Below are positions 1-11,320 of a DNA stretch of 64,000 bases, one piece after another (the stretch's first letter is position 1; each line of letters opens with the position of its first letter). The notes below the pieces were generated by a model. The model did no database searches. It was not told where the DNA came from and worked only from the letters and a program-made list of their open reading frames with translations. The position numbers and the translations under genes were made by a program. Origin of the DNA: an uncultured Desulfosarcina sp. (GTDB lineage Bacteria; Desulfobacterota; Desulfobacteria; Desulfobacterales; Desulfosarcinaceae); NCBI GenBank assembly GCA_963674945.2, contig CAXXWQ010000003.1, positions 1,440,001-1,504,000 on the forward strand, read 5' to 3'.

Positions 1-23
1 ACAACCGCTGGAGGGGAAAAACG

Positions 24-245
24 ATGCAATCCCAAGAAAAAATGGATAACACCGGAAAAATCATACTGGATGGCCTTCAGGGCATCAACAGGTACCTGGC
101 CATGATCAATAGCCGGCTTGAAATGCTGCTGCGCTCGGATCTTCCCGAGTATGTCAAGCCGGATTTGGTCAACATGATCCAGGCAGAACAGGAGGCCAGC
201 CAGATTCTCCGCGGCCTGAGTCTATTCTGCCATAAACAATTTTGA
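24..245 (+). CDS. hypothetical protein (73 aa)
   Basis: ATG preceded by GGAGGGG RBS; co-oriented just upstream of the MCP; no recognisable motif. Confidence 0.55.
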   Translation: MQSQEKMDNTGKIILDGLQGINRYLAMINSRLEMLLRSDLPEYVKPDLVNMIQAEQEASQILRGLSLFCHKQF

Positions 246-276
246 CATCATCATTCCATCAGCAAGGAGCACCAAC

Positions 277-2280
277 ATGAAGATCAACCTGCAATCCATC
301 TCTTCCAAACTCATTCTCGGCGGTCTTACGGCCGTTCTGATTCCATTGATCGTGGTAGGATTTATTTCATTTTCAAAGGCAAAGACCGCACTGATGGATC
401 TCTCCAAGCACCAGACCATTAGCATCTCAAAAGACCTGGCGAACCTGACCCGCACCGTCGTCCAGGCGGAAATGGACAAAGCCCGCGTCCTGGCCAGCCA
501 GAAAGAGATTGTCGATTTGAGTGAAGCAGTAAACCGTTCCGGTATCGAGGCCAATCAATCCATGGTTGACACGGTGTTTGCCGATCTGGCCAAAGAATTC
601 GGCAATATGGGCGATCACTACGAGTCAATTTTCGTCGCCGATGACAAAGGGCTCGTGATTACGGGCGTCATGGAAGATGGTGGCGAAACCAAGGGCATCA
701 ATATCGGTGACAGAGACTATTTTCAATCCGCCCGGCAGAAGGGAAAGGCAGTGGTCGGCAAAATGGTTTTGTCGAAAAAAACCAGCCGACCAATCGTTGT
801 GGTATGTACTCCCATCGTGTCCGATCATGGGCGATTTCTTGGGGCCTTCGGCGTTATTCTTAAGGCCGAAGCGTTTACCCGGCTCATTGCCAGTCGCAAA
901 ATCGGTGAAACCGGCTACGGCTTTATGATCGATGGGGAAGGATTGGTGATGGCCCATCCGAAATCCGAATATATCCTCAAGTTGAATGCCAACAGCATTA
1001 CCGAGATGGCATCCATCAACAAAAAGATGTTGGCGGGTGAAACCGGCGTGGAAGCCTACACCTTCCAGGGAGTCGACAAGATTGCCGGATTCGCCCCGGT
1101 GGGCATCAACGGCTGGTCCATCAGCGCCACCCAGGACCAGGACGAGTTCCTGGCCGCTTCCCATTCCATCCGCAACGCCAATATTATCGTCACACTCGTG
1201 GCCGGTCTGATCGTGGCCGTGATCGTTCTGTTTGCCGCACGCTCCATCGTAAGACCCATCAATGCTGCCGTGGCCGGCCTCAAGGACATCGCCCAGGGCG
1301 AAGGCGACCTGACCATGCGCCTTCAGGTGAACAGCCGTGACGAGGTCGGTGAACTGGCAAAATGGTTCAATACCTTCATCGAAAAGCTGCAGGGCATCAT
1401 CAAGGATATTTCCGGCGGCGTCGAAACCCTCTCCGCATCGTCCACGGAACTCTCCGCCATATCCGAACAGATGACCCAGGGCATCACCAACGTCTCCGAC
1501 AAGTCCAACACCGTCTCCGCCGCCGCAGAGGAGATGAGTACCAACATGAACAACGTGGCCGCCGCCATGGAACAGTCGGCAACCAATACCAACATGGTGG
1601 CCACGGCCGCCGAAGAGATGTCGGCCACCATCGGCGAGATCGCCCAGAATGCCGAAAGGGCCCGCAGCATTTCCGACGAGGCGGCCCACAAGGCCTCCAG
1701 TGCCTCTACCAACATGGACCAGCTGGGCGAGGCGGCTAACTCCATCGGCAAGGTCATCGAGACCATCACCGACATCAGCGAGCAGGTCAACCTGTTGGCC
1801 CTCAACGCCACCATCGAGGCGGCCCGGGCCGGCGAGGCAGGCAAGGGCTTTGCCGTCGTGGCCAACGAAATCAAGGAACTGGCCAAACAGACGGCCGAAG
1901 CCACCCAGGATATAAAGGATAAAATCGAAGGCATCCAGGGAACCACCAACATGACCGTGGGGCAGATCAGCGAAATCACCCGGGTCATCACCGATGTCAA
2001 CGACGTGGTGGCCACCATCGCCACCGCCGTGGAAGAGCAGTCTTCCGCCACCAGGGACATCGCCACCAATGTCGCCCAGGCATCCCAGGGCATCCAGGAA
2101 GTAAATGAAAACGTCAATCAGAGCTCAACCGTATCTGCTGAAATTTCTCAGGACATCGCCACCGTCAGCGTTTCCATGAACGAGATGTCCACCAGCAGCA
2201 GCCAGGTCAACCTCAGTGCGCAGGAATTGTCCCAGCTTTCTGAAAGCCTAAAGAATATGGTTGATCAGTTCAAAATTTAA
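277..2280 (+). CDS. methyl-accepting chemotaxis protein (TM-Cache-TM-HAMP-signalling domain)
   Basis: two TM segments, HAMP (GDLTMRL..DEVGELA), hairpin tip [43 protein letters not shown]. Confidence 0.97.
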   Translation: MKINLQSISSKLILGGLTAVLIPLIVVGFISFSKAKTALMDLSKHQTISISKDLANLTRTVVQAEMDKARVLASQKEIVDLSEAVNRSGIEANQSMVDTVFADLAKEFGNMGDHYESIFVADDKGLVITGVMEDGGETKGINIGDRDYFQSARQKGKAVVGKMVLSKKTSRPIVVVCTPIVSDHGRFLGAFGVILKAEAFTRLIASRKIGETGYGFMIDGEGLVMAHPKSEYILKLNANSITEMASINKKMLAGETGVEAYTFQGVDKIAGFAPVGINGWSISATQDQDEFLAASHSIRNANIIVTLVAGLIVAVIVLFAARSIVRPINAAVAGLKDIAQGEGDLTMRLQVNSRDEVGELAKWFNTFIEKLQGIIKDISGGVETLSASSTELSAISEQMTQGITNVSDKSNTVSAAAEEMSTNMNNVAAAMEQSATNTNMVATAAEEMSATIGEIAQNAERARSISDEAAHKASSASTNMDQLGEAANSIGKVIETITDISEQVNLLALNATIEAARAGEAGKGFAVVANEIKELAKQTAEATQDIKDKIEGIQGTTNMTVGQISEITRVITDVNDVVATIATAVEEQSSATRDIATNVAQASQGIQEVNENVNQSSTVSAEISQDIATVSVSMNEMSTSSSQVNLSAQELSQLSESLKNMVDQFKI

Positions 2281-2407
2281 AATAGACTTTTTTTTGCCGA
2301 TAAACAATTTTGATCGCTTTGGTGTATTGAAATATTACCGTAAATGACATGAGCAATGCAATACGGGATAAAATCCATCATATCGGAAAAATAAAAGGGG
2401 TATCGGC

Positions 2408-3547
2408 GTGAAACGACAATTTTATTATCCGCTCTTTACATCATGCATAGCAGTACTATTGCTCCTGTTCTCCGGTTGCGGTTCAGGAGGCGACAATACG
2501 GCGGATGGTTCCGGACAGAACACGGATGTCCCCATTGTCGACCCGGATGGGGGCCCTCCTTTCGGAAATCCGGATGGAAACGCCCCCATTCCGGTCGAGG
2601 GTGACATGGAAGATGTGTCTGATCCCGATCATATTATTGGAAACGGAACGCCGGAGAGTTGCAGTGCAAAAGCCTTTATCGACGCCGTGGCGGAAGGTGG
2701 AACGATTGTCTTTGACTGCGGGCCCGATCCGATTACGCTGACGCTTCCAGGACCGGCCAAGGTGTTCAATGACGCAGACAACGATATCATTATCGACGGC
2801 GGCGGACTGGTCACCGTAAGCGGTGGCGGGCAGACCCGCATCTTATACATGAACACCTGCGATTCGGATCAGGTGTGGACGACCTCCCATTGTCAGGATC
2901 AGGACCATCCCCGGCTGACGGTGCAGAACATCACATTTGCCGACGGCAATTCGAAGGGTGAAATGGAGTATGACGGGGGTGGCGCCATATGGGTGCGCGG
3001 AGGCCGTTTCAAAGCCGTCAACTGCCGTTTTTTCAACAATGTGTGTGCCGATACCGGTCCCGATGTGGGTGGTGGAGCGATCCGGGTGTTTGATCAATAT
3101 CAGGATCTGCCCGTTTATATTGTCCATTGCACCTTCGGCGGTATGGAAGGCTATGGCAATGTGGGATCCAACGGTGGCGCCATCAGCAGCATCGGCGTCT
3201 CATGGACCATCATCAACAGCCTCTTCTCCCATAATCGCGCCATCGGATACGGGGCAAATCCGGCGGCGTCAGGGACGCCCGGTGGCGGCAGTGGCGGTGC
3301 GATCTATAATGACGGCAACACCATGACGCTGACCGTGCTTGGAACGCGAATCGAGTACAATGAAGTCAACGAACATGGCTCGGCCATCTTCTTTGTCACA
3401 AATGACCACTCCGGCGATATCGTCATCGACGAATCGGTGATTACCAACAACATCGGCGGGTCCTGGTACCCTGCCTACGATGGCATCTCCATGCATGGCG
3501 ACACCCCGATCACGGTGACCGATTCAGTCATTGAGAATAACTCGTAA
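2408..3547 (+). CDS. lipoprotein with right-handed beta-helix (pectin-lyase-like / GGAI repeats)
   Basis: GTG start, lipobox FSGC, repeated GGAI(W/R/S/Y) and FxxN motifs. Confidence 0.75.
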   Translation: MKRQFYYPLFTSCIAVLLLLFSGCGSGGDNTADGSGQNTDVPIVDPDGGPPFGNPDGNAPIPVEGDMEDVSDPDHIIGNGTPESCSAKAFIDAVAEGGTIVFDCGPDPITLTLPGPAKVFNDADNDIIIDGGGLVTVSGGGQTRILYMNTCDSDQVWTTSHCQDQDHPRLTVQNITFADGNSKGEMEYDGGGAIWVRGGRFKAVNCRFFNNVCADTGPDVGGGAIRVFDQYQDLPVYIVHCTFGGMEGYGNVGSNGGAISSIGVSWTIINSLFSHNRAIGYGANPAASGTPGGGSGGAIYNDGNTMTLTVLGTRIEYNEVNEHGSAIFFVTNDHSGDIVIDESVITNNIGGSWYPAYDGISMHGDTPITVTDSVIENNS

Positions 3548-3646
3548 GTTATCCCATCTCCGACTCCTTGCGATTCGGACCGGCAACCGGAACCGGTCTC
3601 GGGTGTTTCCGAAACGTGTGCGTGATCGGTTGATCCGAAACGGAGC

Positions 3647-4750
3647 CTAAAAAATTTCCGTTCCGGATGCCGGTTTTTCATGGACCCCACGTTTGATTGA
3701 CCGCTCCACTTTGAAGGGAAGGGTCGAGGCTGACGCCGACACCGAGGGCGGGTAAATCACGTTCCAGTCCTGCTTCATGTCGACAACGGTCCAGCCTTTG
3801 TCATTGGCCTCATCAAGCGCCTTGTCCAGACGACCAACATGGGACTGCCGGTCGTAGGCCCATTCCCTTTCAGAATCGGTGTGATGGACGATCAGGCCGA
3901 AGCGCGCCCCCGGCCCGTCAGTGGTCCATTGGAGCATCTGCAGGTCGCCGTCGGAGTTGCCGAATGCGGCGATTGGGCGACGTCCGATATGCAGATTGAT
4001 TGCCACCGGCTTGCCTTCTTTGTCGTCGAGGAAGTTCAGCGCGGGCAGGCGCATGATCACGGGCTTGCCTTCCTTAATCTCATATTTGGTTTCGACACTG
4101 CTTCCGACGATCTGTTCGGGGGGAATACCGTACACCGATTCCGCCCACGGACGCATGAATTCGACGCCGCCGCCTGATACGATAAAGGTCTTGAAGCCAT
4201 TGGCACGCAGATAGGCCAGCACTTCGAGCATCGGCTGATAGACCATTTCGGTAAACCGTTTGCCCGTTTTTGGATGCGTGGCCGTGGCCATCCAGTCCCG
4301 GACGATCTGCGCGAACGCATCCGTCGTCATGCCCCCGTGGGTCGTCATGACAATCTCGAGGATAGCCTTTTCGCCTCCTGCAAGAACCTGTTTCACGTTC
4401 CCCTGCAGCAACGAGGCAAAAGGCTCTTTGGTTTTCCATTCGGGATGCTGCGGCGCGAGTTCCCTGACCCTGTCCATGGCAAAAAACAACTGAAAGTACA
4501 TCGGCTGCTCGCACCACAGCGTACCGTCATTGTCAAACACCGCGATGCGCTCTGCCGGTGGAACGAAGTCGGATGAGCCCTTGGAGGTCACGCGGGTCAC
4601 GAAGTCAATGATCGACTGCTTCGCCTTTCCTTCCCGCCAGGAGGCAAGCGTATCGCCCGCATCGACCGGCGGTGTCTGGATGAAGACCGCAATGAAAACG
4701 GCCATGAGTATCATTTTAAACATATGTTTTAACTTCACGAAGACCTCCAT
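3647..4750 (-). CDS. exported HAD-superfamily hydrolase (non-specific acid phosphatase-like)
   Basis: signal peptide, motif I FDNDGTLW, motif II IVSGG, motif IV FGNSDGD. Confidence 0.88.
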   Translation of the reverse strand: MEVFVKLKHMFKMILMAVFIAVFIQTPPVDAGDTLASWREGKAKQSIIDFVTRVTSKGSSDFVPPAERIAVFDNDGTLWCEQPMYFQLFFAMDRVRELAPQHPEWKTKEPFASLLQGNVKQVLAGGEKAILEIVMTTHGGMTTDAFAQIVRDWMATATHPKTGKRFTEMVYQPMLEVLAYLRANGFKTFIVSGGGVEFMRPWAESVYGIPPEQIVGSSVETKYEIKEGKPVIMRLPALNFLDDKEGKPVAINLHIGRRPIAAFGNSDGDLQMLQWTTDGPGARFGLIVHHTDSEREWAYDRQSHVGRLDKALDEANDKGWTVVDMKQDWNVIYPPSVSASASTLPFKVERSIKRGVHEKPASGTEIF

Positions 4751-4920
4751 CTTGGCGCTTTCGTAAGATTTTGATGGTCAATTAACGACGGCCGCTTCGG
4801 ACCGACCTTCGGGGTCGCTGATCTGCGCGAGGATGTTCATTTGGCCTGCATTGCATTTCAGGGTGCGCCGCCGTCCGGACCGACGCATTGCCCGTTCGGG
4901 CGGCGACGGAAATAGACACA

Positions 4921-6498
4921 CTAATGTGTCCCACCGGTTGAGTTCAATTGCTCCATGACCTTGTCCAGGCTGAAGCTAGCCGGCTTCTGGCGGGGTGGAT
5001 ACTCCTTGAAGGTCTTGAGGAAATTACCGACATAGGCCTGGGCCGGAACCAACAGATACGCACGGTCGAGCATCCAGTCGAAATAGGTGTTGGAGGTAAT
5101 GGAGGCCCGCTCGTAGGGGTCGCGGCGCAGATTGAAGATCAGCGGCACGCGCAGGGGAACGAAGGGCTCCATCCAGACCCGAAAGGTGCCTTGATATTTC
5201 TGCTCCATGAAGATCAGCTTCCATTCCTGGTAGCGCAACGCCGTCAGGTCGCCGTCGTCGGAGAAATAAAAAATCTCCTTGCGCGGGCTGGGAGTGTTTG
5301 CCGGGTCTCTGAGGTGGTCGGTAATGTCGTAGCCGTCCAGGTGAATTTTGTATTTTCTCTTGAGCGCCTTGGAGGTGTATCCGTCGAGGAGATCTTCCTT
5401 AATATCCTTTTTACCGGCCGCGGCGAGAAAAGTGGGCAGCCAGTCCATGTGATGGACGATCCCGTTGCTGACCGAGCCGGGCTTGACCACGCCGGGCCAG
5501 CGCACGGCACAGGGCACCCGCCAGCCGCCTTCCCAGTTGGTGTTCTTCTCTCCGCGAAAAGGTGTGGACGCGGCATCCGGCCATGTGTTGTAATGCGGGC
5601 CATTGTCGGTGGAGTAGTGGACGATGGTGTTGTCGGCGATGCCCAGGCGATCCAGAGCGTCCAGGAACTGGCCGATGTGCATGTCGTGCTCGATCATGCC
5701 GGCGCTATATTCATCGGCATGGGGATATTTCTTTTTGATTTCGGCCATCTTCTCTGGGCTTACGTGGGTGCGGAAGTGCATTCGCGTCCCGCTCCACCAG
5801 ACGAACCAGGGGTTGCCCGCCTCGGTCTGGCGTTCGATGAAATCGATGGCCGCTGCCACGGTCTCGTCATCCACGGTTTCCATGCGTTTCCTGGTCAGTG
5901 GTCCGGTATCCTCGATCTTCCCGTCGGCGCTGGATTTGATCACCCCGCGCGGGCCGAATTTCTTGCGAAACTCCGGATTTTTGGGGTAGTCCTCGTTTTC
6001 AGGCTCTTCCTCTGCATTGAGGTGGTAGAGATTACCGAAAAACTCGTCGAAACCGTGATTGGTGGGCAGGTGCTCGTCACGGTCACCCAGATGGTTCTTG
6101 CCGAATTGGCCGGTGGCATATCCCTGATCCTTGAGCAGACCGGCGATGGTCGGATCGGCCTCGTTCATGCCCTCCTTTGCACCGGGCAGGCCGACCTTGG
6201 ACAGACCGGTTCGGAACACGCTCTGCCCCATGATGAAGGACGACCGGCCGGCGGTACAGGACTGCTCACCGTAGTAGTCGGTAAAGAGGATGCCCTCGTC
6301 GGCGATACGGTCGATGTTGGGAGTACGGTATCCCATCATCCCCCGTGAGTAGGCGCTGATGTTGGACTGGCCGACGTCATCGCCCCAGATCACGAGGATG
6401 TTGGGTTTATCCTGTGCTGGGGATAAGGAAACAAAACCAACCAAAAGCATCGCGATCATGAAAGGTATGAGTATGAATTTGCTGTCGGATCTTTTCAT
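4921..6498 (-). CDS. exported arylsulfatase (Cys-type formylglycine sulfatase)
   Basis: KPNILVIWGDD, CTAGRS signature, GKNHLG, STDNG; signal peptide; AAGGAGG RBS. Confidence 0.95.
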   Translation of the reverse strand: MKRSDSKFILIPFMIAMLLVGFVSLSPAQDKPNILVIWGDDVGQSNISAYSRGMMGYRTPNIDRIADEGILFTDYYGEQSCTAGRSSFIMGQSVFRTGLSKVGLPGAKEGMNEADPTIAGLLKDQGYATGQFGKNHLGDRDEHLPTNHGFDEFFGNLYHLNAEEEPENEDYPKNPEFRKKFGPRGVIKSSADGKIEDTGPLTRKRMETVDDETVAAAIDFIERQTEAGNPWFVWWSGTRMHFRTHVSPEKMAEIKKKYPHADEYSAGMIEHDMHIGQFLDALDRLGIADNTIVHYSTDNGPHYNTWPDAASTPFRGEKNTNWEGGWRVPCAVRWPGVVKPGSVSNGIVHHMDWLPTFLAAAGKKDIKEDLLDGYTSKALKRKYKIHLDGYDITDHLRDPANTPSPRKEIFYFSDDGDLTALRYQEWKLIFMEQKYQGTFRVWMEPFVPLRVPLIFNLRRDPYERASITSNTYFDWMLDRAYLLVPAQAYVGNFLKTFKEYPPRQKPASFSLDKVMEQLNSTGGTH

Positions 6499-7039
6499 TC
6501 TATCCTCCTTTGCGGCCTTCCGCGTTGTAAGAAAACCTGTTAGATAATCGTAACAAATTGGGACTATTGGCGAACAATAAATCTTAGGATAGAGGTTGGC
6601 ATACCCGCCTGAATATCAAGCAGAATCTCTGAGTGATGCCAAAAGCGCCCGTAGATCAGCTTCAAATTGCGAAAACAGTTCAGGATAAGATGGCTGGAAA
6701 GCAGTATGCTTGTGATCTACATTGCGCAGATGATCTTTAAAGACAAACAGATCACCATCGTCTGATACACTGGAAGTAATATTGCACTTTATTTCTATGT
6801 GTCAAAGGATTTATTTTTCAACCCGAACGCGGCGACAGTTCTTTTATCTCCGGACAGACGGCGCAGTTCTCCTTTCAAAAGCTTGTTATTCTTAATTTTT
6901 CTTTTCGTCAATCGGGGAGTCAAACGACATGGGGAAACGCCGGTCAGATCTGTGGCTATTCATAATACGTAAAGGAAATCGGCCATGTTCATCACACGAT
7001 ACGGAATGAAATCGAGAGATAAATGATTGGACGAGAATT

Positions 7040-7695
7040 ATGAGAAGGAGCCGAAAGATGATCGTAACCCCTTGCCCGAACCGCTCCATACTGGAACCAT
7101 GTACCCTGCCAAACCTGAATTGCCAGGTAGACCCATACATCGGTTGCGAACATGTTTGCCGATACTGTTATGTCCTTCCCCAGGCGGAAACCGACTGGAG
7201 CAAGGAGGTACGCTATCATGAGGACATCGCTACCCGGCTGGGAAAGCAGCTTTCAACGATTTCACCACAGACGACATACATGGGATGGCATACGGCCCCC
7301 TGCCAGCCATGCGAGGCGCAATTCCGCCAGACCCGCCAGGTTCTCGAGTTGTTGCTGGAAAGAGGATTGCAGCCTTGAAAAAGTTGCAGTCGGCGGGAAT
7401 TCATACCGCCGCCTTGCTTTGTCCGGTCATTCCTTATATTACCGATGTAACGCCGTTAATCGATCTTGTGGACGGGTATGCCGAGAAAATTTGGATCTAT
7501 GGATTGAGCATCACAGACAGCTCCGACAAAAACTGGCAGAATGTCGATCACATATTGGAAGAGCATTTTCCTGATGTAAGAAACAAAATCGAAAACGCGG
7601 TTTTCGCCAAGAGCCATGCGTACTAGGAAGGACTCAGGGTCGACCTTTCAGACCTCCACAAAAATTGCAAAGCAACTCTTCGTATACACATATAA
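7040..7695 (+). pseudogene. radical SAM protein (SPL-like family) pseudogene
   Basis: DPYIGCEHVCRYCY motif; frame switch with apparent internal deletion near 7363; in-frame TAG at 7624-7626 followed by further open frame to TAA 7695. Confidence 0.8.
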
Positions 7696-7801
7696 AAGGA
7701 TATCTGGCCGATTTCATACACGAGGCAGTCAAGAAAATACAGCACGCAAGCGATGAAGAGTGGACTGAAAAAGTAGAAAAATAAGAAATAGAGTCAAAGC
7801 A

Positions 7802-8137
7802 TTGCAGTCACCGGATACCCGCATGGATTTGGATATTCCCGGAAGTTTTCCCTATGAAGCTGGCGGGGCTCGACCGATGGCGGTTTCACCCGTAACCAAA
7901 GAAGAGACATGCATCGTTTGTGGAACGTGCGCCGATGTCTGTCCGACGGCAGCCATTTCGGTCGATGGAAGCGTGGAAACAAAAGTCAAGAAATGTATTC
8001 GCTGCTGCGCTTGCATCAAAAACTGCCCGACCGGTGCGAGGTTTATGGAGGCCGGTGCGTGGAAAAATATCGCCAACTGGTTACATGAAAATTGCAGTAC
8101 CCGGAAAGAACCGCAAATCTATGGGATCGATGTGTAG
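7802..8137 (+). pseudogene. C-terminal 2x[4Fe-4S] ferredoxin part of an EFR1-type flavodoxin-ferredoxin, N-terminus missing
   Basis: IPGSFPY linker, CIVCGTCADVCP and CIRCCACIKNCP, RKEP tail; TTG start without clear RBS. Confidence 0.65.
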
Positions 8138-8155
8138 ACGGATACGAGAATAAAC

Positions 8156-8232
8156 ATGAAAATGTTCTTATGGCCGGGAGTACCGGATACCTGGGAGGCT
8201 GCGTAGCAAAGGAGCTTCTGAAAACATCCTAA
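8156..8232 (+). pseudogene. N-terminal Rossmann fragment of an extended SDR/NmrA-like protein
   Basis: ATG at 8156, a one-base frameshift, then NVLMAGSTGYLGGCVAKELL* (GxxGxxG). Confidence 0.6.
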
Positions 8233-8371
8233 TCCTACGCAATCGGAATGGTTTCTTTTCGCTATCGGGGACGAAAGGCATATTCTTTCCCTCAACATCC
8301 TGCAGGGTATAACCGAAAATTAAGGATGCCTACAGGTAATCCCGCCGTTTCAGCCAAGTCCAACTTCAGAC

Positions 8372-8794
8372 TCATTTGACCACCAATACCGGGCAAGCCG
8401 CCGAATGAAGCACACGGTGAACCACAGAGCCCAGAACCAACCCTTGGAGTTCGGACCGGCCCCGGGATCCCATGACAATCATTTCACACTTTTCCAGTTC
8501 GGCGACCTCACAGATTCTATCCCCTGGAGGACCCTCCATGATCCTTTCCTCAAAATTGACGCCCGCTTGGGACATCAACTGCCGAAAGGGCGCCAACAGT
8601 TCCTGGGATTGGGATAAAATTTTGTCCACGGCCCGTTGATAATACGGCTCCCCTCTCAAAACCGGAAAATGTTTGTGAAAGTGTATCAGTAAAATTTCTC
8701 TGTCCATACAACGGGCCATCTTTATGGCGTATTCGGCTGCGCGGCAAGAGTGCGACGAACCGTCAACCGGAACGAATAGACGTTGGTTAGTCAT
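8372..8794 (-). CDS. universal stress protein (UspA family)
   Basis: VPVDGS..MIVMGSRG..LVLGSVVHRVLHSAACPVLVVK. Confidence 0.95.
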   Translation of the reverse strand: MTNQRLFVPVDGSSHSCRAAEYAIKMARCMDREILLIHFHKHFPVLRGEPYYQRAVDKILSQSQELLAPFRQLMSQAGVNFEERIMEGPPGDRICEVAELEKCEMIVMGSRGRSELQGLVLGSVVHRVLHSAACPVLVVK

Positions 8795-8897
8795 GGCTCC
8801 CTCCTTTACCCTTTTGTTTCATCCGGGCCTTGCGTGTATTTGAATAACATTCTTGGACCGTAACCGGATCGTACAAGATGATTTTTAAAACGTGTGA

Positions 8898-9341
8898 TCA
8901 ATAAATCGATTTGATTTCCGCCAATACAAACGAACTGCGGGTGGCGGAAACGCCCTTGGTATTGAATACATCCTGTAGCACGACCTGGGAATAGTGCTGC
9001 ATATCCCGGGCGACGATTTCCAGCACCAGGTCGACGTCGCCGGAAACGGCAAATACGCTGACGACTCCCTCGATTTTCGCCAGATTACACGCGACGTCCT
9101 CCCAGCCCACGGCTGCATCGCGGATCACACCACAATAGGCGCGAACGGAAAGGCCCAGTTTTTGCCGATCGGTAAGCGCCCGATAGCCGACAATGACACC
9201 TTCCTTTTCGAGTCGCGCGATCCGCCGCGAGCAACTGGAATGGGACAGATTGACCTGCCCGGCAATATCCATGTTGGACAGCCTTCCATTGGCTTGCAGC
9301 GCTTCAATGATCTTCCTGTCATAATCGTCGAGTTTGGTCAT
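8898..9341 (-). CDS. Lrp/AsnC family transcriptional regulator
   Basis: LDDYDRKIIEALQANGRLS HTH plus RAM domain; divergent from azlCD; start taken at MTKLDD. Confidence 0.93.
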   Translation of the reverse strand: MTKLDDYDRKIIEALQANGRLSNMDIAGQVNLSHSSCSRRIARLEKEGVIVGYRALTDRQKLGLSVRAYCGVIRDAAVGWEDVACNLAKIEGVVSVFAVSGDVDLVLEIVARDMQHYSQVVLQDVFNTKGVSATRSSFVLAEIKSIY

Positions 9342-9538
9342 ATGCAAAACCTTTGCGCACAGCGTCATGCAACCGGAATTTTAAGTATAAAATTAACATT
9401 AAAGACAAATCTATGCAAAATTTTTGCTTAATTAAACGCAATGCACTAAATAATTGCAATTATACGTTCACAATTGTAGGTTTGCATGCAATGGTAATGC
9501 ACAACCATCAACCCGTTTACCGTCCAGGGTATTCACGC

Positions 9539-10258
9539 ATGACATCCGATTCCATTGCAAAAGATGCCTCTCCTTTCAAAGATGGCCTGAGCGCAGGGTG
9601 GCCGATCTGCCTGGGTTACCTGCCCATCGGAATGGCCTTCGGGGTTCTGGCCCAGAAGGCGGGTCTTACACCGATTCATATCGGCCTGATGTCCATTTTG
9701 GTGTTTGCCGGCAGTTCACAATTCATCGCCGTTTCCATGATTTCCGCCGGGGCTTCGGCTGCGGCCATCATCACTACCACCTTTGTAGTTAACTTGCGCC
9801 ACGTGTTAATGAGCTCCGCCCTTGCCGTTTATTTGCGGTCGGCTCACCGGGGCTTACTCGCCCTCTACGCCTATGGTGTGACCGATGAAAGCTTTGCCGT
9901 CAACCTTCCTCGCTTCAATACCCACAACTGGAGCCTTGGGCGAGCGCTGGTGGTCAACCATGCGGCCAACCTCACCTGGTTCTTCAGCACCATAGCCGGA
10001 GGCATCGGCGGTCAGTTTATCCCTGAGGGCGCCCTGGGCATCGATTATGCCCTCATCGCCATGTTTATCTGCCTGCTCATCTACCAGATCAGGAAATGGA
10101 TTCACCTGCTCACCGCTGTAATCGCCGGCATTGCCGCCGTGGGCCTGGCGCTGACGATCCCGGGCAACACCTATATCGTCATCGCCTCCGTGATGGCCGC
10201 CACGGTTGGCGTTATCATCCAACGACAGACCATGGGAAGGAAAACGGACAATGGCTGA
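9539..10258 (+). CDS. azlC: AzlC-family branched-chain amino acid exporter, large subunit
   Basis: GYLPIGMAFG, VFAGSSQF, VNLRH, TDESFA motifs; start uncertain. Confidence 0.9.
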   Translation: MTSDSIAKDASPFKDGLSAGWPICLGYLPIGMAFGVLAQKAGLTPIHIGLMSILVFAGSSQFIAVSMISAGASAAAIITTTFVVNLRHVLMSSALAVYLRSAHRGLLALYAYGVTDESFAVNLPRFNTHNWSLGRALVVNHAANLTWFFSTIAGGIGGQFIPEGALGIDYALIAMFICLLIYQIRKWIHLLTAVIAGIAAVGLALTIPGNTYIVIASVMAATVGVIIQRQTMGRKTDNG

Positions 10259-10592
10259 ATATCTGACGCTGCTCGTGGGAATGGGCCTGGTGACTTACCT
10301 GCCCCGCTGGATGCCGCTCCATTACCTTTCCCGGCGATCCCTTCCGGATTGGTTCATCCAGTGGCTGGAACTGATCCCGGCAGCCATCTTGAGCGCACTG
10401 CTGCTGCCGACGCTGGTTCTCGGTGAAGCCCCGCGCCACATCGATCTCCTGCGGCCCGAGTTGTGGGTGGCCCTGCCCACGTTCGTCTTTGCCTGGTGGA
10501 CACGGTCATTGGGTGGAACGGTGGTTGTGGGAATGCTGTTATTCTGGTTGGCAGAAAAGGTGGACCCGCTGTGGTTTGCCTGGTTGAAATGA
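10251..10592 (+). CDS. azlD: AzlD-family exporter, small subunit
   Basis: GMGLVTYLPRWMP..IPAAILSALLLP; overlaps azlC stop. Confidence 0.88.
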   Translation: MAEYLTLLVGMGLVTYLPRWMPLHYLSRRSLPDWFIQWLELIPAAILSALLLPTLVLGEAPRHIDLLRPELWVALPTFVFAWWTRSLGGTVVVGMLLFWLAEKVDPLWFAWLK

Positions 10593-10768
10593 AACAAAGA
10601 CGAAACGCTTCAGGGACAATGCTTGTCAAACTGAATCGGACAAAGCCCCGCAGAAATGACAAGAGCGTTTCGTGTTTCGTAAATCAATGGAATCATAGCG
10701 GAAAAATGGACGGCGGAACGATTCCCCCGTAAGTATCGGGGCGCCATTTTGTTACGAATTGGATTCTT

Positions 10769-11320
10769 TTATAGGTCGCCTTCCCCCAGTTCCTTATTTA
10801 TCTGTTCCATCCATGCCGGTACCGTCAGATCTTTTACTGTGAGGTAACTTTTCGAATAGGGTTTCAGATCAATGATAGGGCTGCCGTCGACGGCGTCCAG
10901 GCCTTTGACTTCGAGCACATTCCCCTTTCGGGTCATCAGACGAACGGCAGACACCAGGACAGGATTCGGTCGGGCCGGGCTGCATGTGGCGAAAATACCC
11001 TGGGAGGGCAAATCCTTGCGGCCCATGGGATGAACCCTCCTCAGCGTTCGTCGGGCCGGATCGATCAGGTGGGGCCAGTAGAGTACCAGAATATGAGAAA
11101 AGCCATCGATGCCATCAAGGAGTTCTTCCCATTTTGGATCGATAATCAACTCACTTACAGTCTCCCGTATTTTTCGGCGATTCGCTCTTGTTGTCTCCAT
11201 CCGTTCCATTAGCGTCAAACCTTCTTTGTCGGCGACCATCATCGGCTCTTTGATCGAGCTATGGACAACACCGACGGCAAAAAGATTTATTGACGCATCC
11301 GTGTTCATATCCGTTTCCAT
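10769..11320 (-). CDS. TsaA/TrmO (YaeB)-like SAM-binding protein / tRNA m6t6A methyltransferase
   Basis: GIDGFSHILVLYW, GIFATCSPARPNP, GLDAVDGSPIIDLKPY. Confidence 0.85.
   Translation of the reverse strand: METDMNTDASINLFAVGVVHSSIKEPMMVADKEGLTLMERMETTRANRRKIRETVSELIIDPKWEELLDGIDGFSHILVLYWPHLIDPARRTLRRVHPMGRKDLPSQGIFATCSPARPNPVLVSAVRLMTRKGNVLEVKGLDAVDGSPIIDLKPYSKSYLTVKDLTVPAWMEQINKELGEGDL

Noticed and set aside
7624..7626. In-frame TAG as possible pyrrolysine or readthrough codon
   Set aside because: The same gene also has a deletion and frameshift; a TGG to TAG nonsense change is simpler
7040..7695. Radical SAM gene as the sulfatase maturase
   Set aside because: SPL-like motif context, no SPASM cysteines, and the gene is broken
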